Source: Gemmatimonadaceae bacterium
GTDB taxonomy: Bacteria; Gemmatimonadota; Gemmatimonadetes; Gemmatimonadales; Gemmatimonadaceae
Assembly: GCA_045803545.1 (NCBI GenBank)
Contig: JBJMOW010000005.1
Location: forward strand, 256,001 to 320,000
Length of the DNA stretch: 64,000 nt
Direction: 5' to 3'
Below, piece by piece: positions 57,792 through 64,000 of the stretch (the stretch's first letter is position 1; the number at the start of each line of letters is the position of its first letter). The translations under genes were made by a program, and so were the position numbers. The notes under the pieces were generated by a model. It searched no databases and was not told where the DNA came from. It worked only from the letters and a program-made list of their open reading frames with translations.

Positions 57792-59225
57792 ATGCAATGG
57801 TTGAAGACCCTGACACTGCTCTCGCTATCCGCTTTGTGCGCCTGTTCTGGCGATAGTGATTTGGTGTCTTTTGTAAAGACCCCACCGCCGGCGCGCATCA
57901 CCACCATTCAACCTCTCCCAAGCGAGTCACTCGGCGCGCTGGTTGTTCACGGAGTATCGTCGGGCGCTGAAGTTCGCGCTCTCTGTGTCGCAATCGACAG
58001 CTCAGAAACTTTGCGCACACCGTGGCAGGCGTCCGACTCGGCGATCGTGATTCTCGGTCTGAAACCAGGATCCAGTTACGTCATTCAAGTCGAACAACTC
58101 TACGATGGCCGCACCGTCCCTGGTCAGACTGTCGACTACGCTGTGCCTCCATTGCCCATTGGGCTCCAGCAAGTAAGCATCAGCATGACCGGCAATTTGA
58201 GTGGAGGTTACTCGATGGCCCCGATTGGCGGGATTGACGGCCATGGCTATCTGATCATCTTCGACTCGGTCGGTATCATTCGCTGGTTCCGCGACTTCGG
58301 CTCGCAGGTTGTTTTCGCCACCACGCAGCAGAAGAACGGACACATAACCGCGTTCGTCGGAAGCTCGACAGGTTTCAACGCGGCGTCAGGTACCTACGTC
58401 GAAGTTACTCGCAGCGGTGACTCAGTCCGCAGCATCAGCGCCCTCGGCAGCGATTACACAGATCCACACGAGTTACTCCAAAGCTTCGACCGCGACGGAA
58501 ACCGCCGCGCAGATTATTTGTTTGGATACAGTTTCCGCACTTTCGATCGCACGCAGATCGGCGGCGGGCCTTCCGACGCGATTGCGGTGCATCAACTCCT
58601 GAGGATCAATCTCACCGGCACGGTCGATACTCTTATTGCCGGCGATGAACAATGGGGCCCAGCTGATGATGTCGCCCCGCCCCTTATAGCCGATCTCGAT
58701 CATCCGAACTCGATTGATTTCGATTTCGACGGCGGCGTGATCGTCTCATATCGCAATCTCAGCGCTATCGTCAAAGTAAATAGCCGCACCTACCAGTTTG
58801 CGTGGCAGTTCGGCGGAACGCATAACCAATTCACACTGATTGGCGATCCGTTTGGCGGCTTCGATTCACAACACACCGCTCGGGTCTTACCGAGCGGTCA
58901 CTTATTGATCTTTGACAATGGCTGGAATCATTCGCCGCAGCAGTCGCGCGCGGTGGAGTACGCGATCGATACTGTTGCCAAAACCGCGACAATGGTGTGG
59001 CAGTACTCCGCTGACCCGCCAATCTTCAACGACTTTACCGGCTCGGCACAGCGACTGGAAAACGGTAACACTGTCGTCGCGTTCACGCGCCACGGCACCG
59101 TTGATGAAGTTGCCCCAGATGGCACTCTCCTCGGGCGCGCCACAATCGAGTCGGCGCGCGGACGGATTGCTACACCCTATCGCGTGACCCGGGTCAAGAG
59201 TCTTTATTCGTTCGAGCGACCGTAA
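57792..59225 (+). CDS. Aryl-sulfate sulfotransferase (ASST) family lipoprotein
   Basis: Lipobox LCAC; DPHEL, HPNSI, SYRN, QHTAR, IFDNG, SRAVEY and GSAQRLENGN motifs. Confidence 0.85.
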   Translation: MQWLKTLTLLSLSALCACSGDSDLVSFVKTPPPARITTIQPLPSESLGALVVHGVSSGAEVRALCVAIDSSETLRTPWQASDSAIVILGLKPGSSYVIQVEQLYDGRTVPGQTVDYAVPPLPIGLQQVSISMTGNLSGGYSMAPIGGIDGHGYLIIFDSVGIIRWFRDFGSQVVFATTQQKNGHITAFVGSSTGFNAASGTYVEVTRSGDSVRSISALGSDYTDPHELLQSFDRDGNRRADYLFGYSFRTFDRTQIGGGPSDAIAVHQLLRINLTGTVDTLIAGDEQWGPADDVAPPLIADLDHPNSIDFDFDGGVIVSYRNLSAIVKVNSRTYQFAWQFGGTHNQFTLIGDPFGGFDSQHTARVLPSGHLLIFDNGWNHSPQQSRAVEYAIDTVAKTATMVWQYSADPPIFNDFTGSAQRLENGNTVVAFTRHGTVDEVAPDGTLLGRATIESARGRIATPYRVTRVKSLYSFERP

Positions 59226-59233
59226 TCTCGTCG

Positions 59234-60433
59234 CTAGTCGTCGTCGACCTGCTCCCCCACCCTCCTCACAATCTCATCCCCGATCGCCAACGACGCCGTC
59301 GCACCCGGGCTCGGCGCGTTGACCACATGCAGCGCCCGCGGCCGCTCGACGAAAGCAAAATCCTGGACCAACCGCCCGTCGCGCGACATTGCCTGCGCTC
59401 TCACCCCCGCCCCGCCTGGTTCCAAGTCCTCATCCCTCAGCTCGGGAACCAGCCGCCGCAATGAATCCCCGAACGACCGGGCTGAGAATGACCGACGCAC
59501 CTCGGCGATGCACATCCGCGAATGAGTGGCGAGAAATTTCCAGAGTCCACCATACGACAGAGCGTCCCACAGGTCGCCGACGTCGACGTCGCGCTTCCGA
59601 TAGCCTTCGCGCGCGAGGGCGAGCACGGCATTGGGTCCGGCTTCGATGCCCCCCGCGATCAGCCGCGTGAAATGGACGCCGAGGAATGGAAAAACGGCAT
59701 CAGGCACGGGGTAAATGAGATTCCGCACCAATGACCGCGCCTGTGATTTGAGCTTGTAGTACTCCCCCCGAAAGGGCACGATGCGCACGTCGCGCGGCGT
59801 CCCGGTGAGCTCCGCGATGCGGTCGCTGTGCAGGCCGGCGCACCCCACCACGAAATCTGCGGTGACTTCGGCCTTCCCGTTCGCCACCAGCCACTCCTTC
59901 CCGCGCTCGGCGATCGAGTTTACCTCGAATCCGGTGCGGATCTCGCCGCCGCGACCGCGAATCTCGTCGCCGAGTGCGCGACAGACCGCGGGATAGTCGA
60001 TGATCCCCTCCTCCGGCACGTGCAGCGCGGCGACGCCGGCGCAATGCGGCTCGAGGCGCCGAATCTCGTCACCCTCGAGCCAGCGGATTCCTTTCAGCCC
60101 GTTCTGTCTGCCTCGGTCTTCCAGTTTGCGCAGGCCGCCCACTTCCGAAGCGTCGGTCGCGACGACGAGCTTGCCGCAGATCTCGTGGGGGATGTCGTGA
60201 TCTCTGGCGAACGCAGTCATTTGCCTGATGCCGTCGACGGCCAGGCGCGCCTTCGCCGATCCTGGCGCGTAGTACAATCCCGCGTGCAAAACTCCGCTGT
60301 TGTGCCCGGATTGATGCTGGCCGAGGCCGGACTCCTTCTCCAGCAGCGTGATTTTCCACTGCGGATGTGCCAGCTGCAGCTTGTGCGCGGCCGCCAGGCC
60401 AATGATCCCGCCACCAACAACCGCTACGCGCAT
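59234..60433 (-). CDS. lhgO: L-2-hydroxyglutarate oxidase family FAD oxidoreductase
   Basis: GGGIIG, HQSGHNSGVLHAGLYY, PFRGEYY, PFLGVHFT and NAPSPGATAS motifs. Confidence 0.92.
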   Translation of the reverse strand: MRVAVVGGGIIGLAAAHKLQLAHPQWKITLLEKESGLGQHQSGHNSGVLHAGLYYAPGSAKARLAVDGIRQMTAFARDHDIPHEICGKLVVATDASEVGGLRKLEDRGRQNGLKGIRWLEGDEIRRLEPHCAGVAALHVPEEGIIDYPAVCRALGDEIRGRGGEIRTGFEVNSIAERGKEWLVANGKAEVTADFVVGCAGLHSDRIAELTGTPRDVRIVPFRGEYYKLKSQARSLVRNLIYPVPDAVFPFLGVHFTRLIAGGIEAGPNAVLALAREGYRKRDVDVGDLWDALSYGGLWKFLATHSRMCIAEVRRSFSARSFGDSLRRLVPELRDEDLEPGGAGVRAQAMSRDGRLVQDFAFVERPRALHVVNAPSPGATASLAIGDEIVRRVGEQVDDD

Positions 60434-60446
60434 CGATCTATCCGCA

Positions 60447-60479
60447 CCCCGCCCGCGCCCGCGCCCGCGCCCGCGCCCC
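60447..60479 (-). repeat. Hexamer tandem repeat (GCGGGC)n / G-tract array
   Basis: The minus strand reads GGGG CGC GGG CGC GGG CGC GGG CGC GGG C GGGG. Confidence 0.9.
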
Positions 60480-60521
60480 GCGTCTCCATCCCCCGTCCCT
60501 CATCCACATCCCCGATCCCGC

Positions 60522-61469
60522 TCACGCCGCCACTGCCGCGCGGTTCGCGACAAACCACTCGTAGGTCCGCTTCAACCCCTCGGCGAGCTTGATCTTGGGC
60601 GTCCAGCCCAGCGCCCGCACCTTGCTCGAGTCGAGCAGCTTCCGCGGAGTGCCGTCGGGTTTGCTCCGGTCCCATTCGACCGGCCCATCGTAGCCAACCG
60701 CACCCGCCACCGCCTCGGCCAGCTGCTTGATCGACACTTCTTCGCCCGAGCCGACATTGTAAAGTCCGCTCGCCCCCTGCTCCATCAGATCCATTGAGGC
60801 GCGCGCCAGGTCGTCGACGTGCAGGAACTCGCGCAGAGCGGAACCTGTTCCCCATAGTTTCACCGGCTCGCCGAGTCCGCGAGACAATCGCTCCTTTGCC
60901 TCGTGAAATTTGCGGATCATCGCCGGCAATACGTGCGAGCTCTCCAGATCGAAGTTGTCGCCCGGACCATAGAGATTGGTCGGCATCAGCGACAGCCAGC
61001 GATAGCCGTACTCCTGATTCGCGGCTTCCACCAACTTCAGTCCGGCGATTTTCGCGATCGCGTATGGCTCGTTGGTCGGCTCCAGGGGACCGGTCAACAG
61101 ATAATCTTCGCGCAGCGGTTGATCGGCGAGCTTCGGATAGATGCACGAGCTGCCGAAGAACACGACCTTCTTCACGTCGTGCTCCATCGCGCCACCGAGA
61201 ATGTTGTTCTGGATCTGCAGATTCTCGAACAGGAATTCCCAGCGCTCGGTGTTGTTGGCGTGAATGCCGCCCACCTTCGCCGCCGCCAGAAAGATTATCT
61301 CCGGGCGCTCGGCGCGGAAAAACTCGGCGACCGCGGTCTGGTCGCGCAGGTCCAGCTGCGACCTCGTCCTCGTGATCAGCGAAGCGTAAGACCTTCGCTC
61401 CAGCTCGCGGACTAGCGCCGATCCAACCAACCCACGGTGACCGGCGACGTAAACCTTGCTGCCCTTCAC
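60522..61469 (-). CDS. fcl: GDP-L-fucose synthase
   Basis: [28 protein letters not shown] and PTNLYGP motifs. GTG start overlaps the gmd stop. Confidence 0.95.
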   Translation of the reverse strand: MKGSKVYVAGHRGLVGSALVRELERRSYASLITRTRSQLDLRDQTAVAEFFRAERPEIIFLAAAKVGGIHANNTERWEFLFENLQIQNNILGGAMEHDVKKVVFFGSSCIYPKLADQPLREDYLLTGPLEPTNEPYAIAKIAGLKLVEAANQEYGYRWLSLMPTNLYGPGDNFDLESSHVLPAMIRKFHEAKERLSRGLGEPVKLWGTGSALREFLHVDDLARASMDLMEQGASGLYNVGSGEEVSIKQLAEAVAGAVGYDGPVEWDRSKPDGTPRKLLDSSKVRALGWTPKIKLAEGLKRTYEWFVANRAAVAA

Positions 61470-62563
61470 TGGCCGGCCAGCACCGGTCGCATGAACTCCA
61501 GCGACGGCTCGAGACTGAATGGCTCGTTGCGCTGCACCGCGGTCAGATCCGCGTCCGCCATCATGTGCACCAGGTCGATGAAGCTGCAACGCGGCTTCCA
61601 ACCAAAGGTGCGGCGCGCCTTGGTCGCGTCTCCCTGCAACAGGTCGACTTCGGTCGGACGATGATAGCGCGGGTCGATCGCCACCAGCTCGGTGCCGCTC
61701 TCCGTGTCGACTCCGATTTCGTCCGCACCTTCTCCGCGAAATTCGAGATTGAAGCCGAGTCGCGCGAAGGCCAGGGTGCAGAACTCGCGCACCGAGTGGG
61801 TCTCGCCGGTAGCGAGGACGAAGTCGTCGGGCGTTGCACACTGGACGATCTTCCACATGCCCTCGACGTAGTCGGCGGCAAAACCCCAGTCGCGCTTCGC
61901 CGCCAGATTGCCGAGGTAAAGCTTGTCCTGCAGTCCCTCACGAATGCGGGCCGCAGCCATGGTGATCTTTCTCGTCACGAAGGTCTCGCCGCGAATCGGC
62001 GACTCGTGATTGAATAGAATCCCGTTCGACGCGTGGATGCCGTAAGCCTCGCGATAGTTCACCGTGATCCAGTAGGCGTAAAGCTTGGCGACGCCATAAG
62101 GAGAGCGCGGATAGAACGGCGTGCGCTCGGTCTGCGGAATCTCCTGCGCCTTGCCATAGAGCTCGGATGTCGATGCCTGATAGAATTTCACCCGGCCCGT
62201 CATTCCAAGGATGCGCAGCGCCTCCAGCAATCTCAGCGTACCCATCCCGTCCGAGTTGGCAGTGTATTCCGGTGTATCAAACGAAACCTGGACGTGGCTC
62301 TGGGCGGCGAGATTGTAGATCTCGTCCGGCTGGGTTTCCTGGATGATGCGAATGAGGTTGGTCGCATCAGTGAGATCCCCGTAGTGCATGAAGAACCGCG
62401 CCTGAACTTCATGGGGATCCGCATAAATGCCGTCGACTCGCTGGGTGTTGAACATCGAGGAACGGCGCTTGATGCCATGCACGATGTATCCCTTCGCCAG
62501 CAGCAATCGCGCGAGATAGGCTCCGTCCTGCCCGGTAACACCTGTGATGAGTGCGGTCTTCAT
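61466..62563 (-). CDS. gmd: GDP-mannose 4,6-dehydratase
   Basis: [30 protein letters not shown] and [15 protein letters not shown] motifs. Confidence 0.97.
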   Translation of the reverse strand: MKTALITGVTGQDGAYLARLLLAKGYIVHGIKRRSSMFNTQRVDGIYADPHEVQARFFMHYGDLTDATNLIRIIQETQPDEIYNLAAQSHVQVSFDTPEYTANSDGMGTLRLLEALRILGMTGRVKFYQASTSELYGKAQEIPQTERTPFYPRSPYGVAKLYAYWITVNYREAYGIHASNGILFNHESPIRGETFVTRKITMAAARIREGLQDKLYLGNLAAKRDWGFAADYVEGMWKIVQCATPDDFVLATGETHSVREFCTLAFARLGFNLEFRGEGADEIGVDTESGTELVAIDPRYHRPTEVDLLQGDATKARRTFGWKPRCSFIDLVHMMADADLTAVQRNEPFSLEPSLEFMRPVLAGQ

Positions 62564-62572
62564 GATCGAGAT

Positions 62573-62582
62573 AATGTACCTT
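62573..62582. promoter_or_regulatory. Putative bidirectional -10 element
   Basis: AATGTACCTT reads TACATT on the minus strand and TACCTT on the plus strand, sharing the central TA; each is 9 nt from its start codon. Confidence 0.5.
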
Positions 62583-62591
62583 TGATTACCT

Positions 62592-63383
62592 GTGCCTGAT
62601 CGCCTGGATTTCCATAATCACGTCATCCCCAACGTCGACGATGGGTCTCCCACTCTCGACGTCTCCCTCGGCGCCATCGAGACGATGCACGCGCAAGGCA
62701 TCGGAGACATCATCGCCAGTCCGCACCTGCGCGCCTCGCATCTTCGCGCCGGCAAAAAGTGGGACGAGTACGCTGCGCGCGTCGACAGCATGTGGGAGGT
62801 GCTGCGAACGACCGCGGCGCGCTCCCCGGTGCGCCTCCACCGCGGCTTCGAGATCCTGCTCGACGAGCCGACGATCGACCTTTCCAACCCGCTGCTCCGG
62901 CTCGCCGGCTCGAACTTCGTTCTCGTCGAATTTCCCTTCGAGTTCATTCCACCTCACAGCGCTGACGCGCTTTTCAATATCAGAGTACAGAATCGTTATC
63001 CGATCGTCGCGCATCCCGAACGGTACCTCGATGTTCAGCAAAGTCCGGGACGCGTGGTCGATTGGCTCAGGGTCGGGGCGCATCTGCAGTCGAACGCGGG
63101 CTCCTTTGTCGGGCACTACGGCCGGGCGCCCGAGAGAATCGCGTGGCATCTGCTGAAAGCAGGCGTCATCTCATACGTCTGCAGCGATTACCACGCGACG
63201 GGCCCGTGTCACACCGCCGCCGCGGCGCGCCGCATCGAGCGCAGGTACGGGAAAGAAATCGTCAATCTTCTATTCTCCGAAAATCCGCGGCGGATCCTGC
63301 GCAACGAGCCACCGCTTCCGGTGTCGCCAAAGCCGAGAGGCTTCTTCTCAGGACTTATTAAGAAACGGAACCGGAATGCGTAG
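62592..63383 (+). CDS. CpsB/CapC-type PHP tyrosine-protein phosphatase
   Basis: [28 protein letters not shown] and SDYH motifs. Confidence 0.92.
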   Translation: MPDRLDFHNHVIPNVDDGSPTLDVSLGAIETMHAQGIGDIIASPHLRASHLRAGKKWDEYAARVDSMWEVLRTTAARSPVRLHRGFEILLDEPTIDLSNPLLRLAGSNFVLVEFPFEFIPPHSADALFNIRVQNRYPIVAHPERYLDVQQSPGRVVDWLRVGAHLQSNAGSFVGHYGRAPERIAWHLLKAGVISYVCSDYHATGPCHTAAAARRIERRYGKEIVNLLFSENPRRILRNEPPLPVSPKPRGFFSGLIKKRNRNA

Positions 63384-64000
63384 ACCGCCCTCGGCCTGGG
63401 GCTCGGCGTTCTGATAACGGTAGTTGTACTGGTAGTAGCCGTACTTCCCGTACATGCCGTAATAGCGGTTGCTCTCGAAGTCGACGTCGTTGAGCACTGC
63501 GCCAAGGAGCGGCGCGCGTACGTTGGCGAGCTGTTCGACGGCGTACATCAAACCGCTCTTCTCGGTGACCGCGGCGCGCGCGATCAGCACCACTCCGTCG
63601 GCAACGGTGCCGAGCACCGCGGCGTCGGTCACCACGTTGAGCGGTGGCGAGTCGATGATGATGACGTCGTACTTGGACTCGAGCTCGGCCAGGAGATTTT
63701 TCATCTTCTGAGAGCCGAGCAGCTCCGCGGGATTCGGCGGCAGCGTCCCGGTAGCGAGCACGTCGAGGGAGACATTCTCCCCCAGATCGATCGCGTGTAC
63801 CGTCGTCGCCAGATCGGCGCCGGCGAGCAGCACGTTGGTAAGACCGGGCTCGCGCGGTTTTCCGAAGACGGTATTGAGCATGCCGCGACGCAGATCGCTG
63901 TCGATCAACAGGGTCTTCACGCCCTGCTGCGCGATGGTGATGGCAAGGTTCGCGGCGCTGGTGGTCTTCCCATCGCCAGGCATCGGACTGGTGAATACGA
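63348..64000 (-). CDS. Polysaccharide BY-kinase (Wzc/CpsD/CapB), C-terminal part; 5' end outside the window
   Basis: Walker A SPMPGDGKTT, LIDSDLRR, IIDSPP and a C-terminal Tyr cluster. Confidence 0.93.
   Translation of the reverse strand, partial: VFTSPMPGDGKTTSAANLAITIAQQGVKTLLIDSDLRRGMLNTVFGKPREPGLTNVLLAGADLATTVHAIDLGENVSLDVLATGTLPPNPAELLGSQKMKNLLAELESKYDVIIIDSPPLNVVTDAAVLGTVADGVVLIARAAVTEKSGLMYAVEQLANVRAPLLGAVLNDVDFESNRYYGMYGKYGYYQYNYRYQNAEPQAEGGLRIPVPFLNKS

Noticed and set aside
61470..61856. Long N-terminal extensions of fcl, asnB copy 3, GT9 copy 2 and several MTs in the ORF track
   Set aside because: They overlap upstream genes; family N-termini and GTGA/ATGA coupling indicate shorter starts.
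1..64000. CRISPR arrays, IS elements, integrases, att duplications, rRNA
   Set aside because: No repeat-spacer arrays, transposase/recombinase motifs, duplicated tRNA ends or rRNA signatures seen by eye.

Overview
Almost the whole 64 kb window is one very large surface-polysaccharide (capsule/EPS) locus from a GC-rich diderm bacterium; the protein style suggests Gemmatimonadota, which is inference only. It has about 50 CDSs and two tRNAs (Ile2-CAT, Val-CAC). Assembly machinery is duplicated: 2 SLBB/Wza-type exporters, 2 Wzx, 2 Wzy/ligase-family proteins, 2 Wzz-like co-polymerases, 2 initiating transferases, 3 Wzi-like proteins, and a partial BY-kinase with a PHP phosphatase. Nucleotide-sugar genes include gmd, fcl, wecB, a CapD-type dehydratase, a UDP-glucuronate epimerase, a DegT-family aminotransferase and an acyltransferase. 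The tailoring set is unusually rich: 3 AsnB-type amidotransferases, 5 SAM methyltransferases, a heparinase II/III-like protein with a bi-domain oxidoreductase, a secreted FN3/alpha-beta hydrolase, a beta-helix protein and a lipoprotein aryl-sulfate sulfotransferase. The best candidate for a new system is a multiply decorated polymer (amidated, methylated, possibly sulfated without PAPS). Notable non-coding signals are a frame-sensitive heptamer repeat in a wzi signal peptide, a symmetric 28 bp bidirectional promoter, near-leaderless starts, antisense-overlapping kinase/phosphatase genes and a structured ops-like leader. I saw no integrase, transposase, CRISPR array or rRNA. All functional calls come from reading motifs by eye; no database searches were run.
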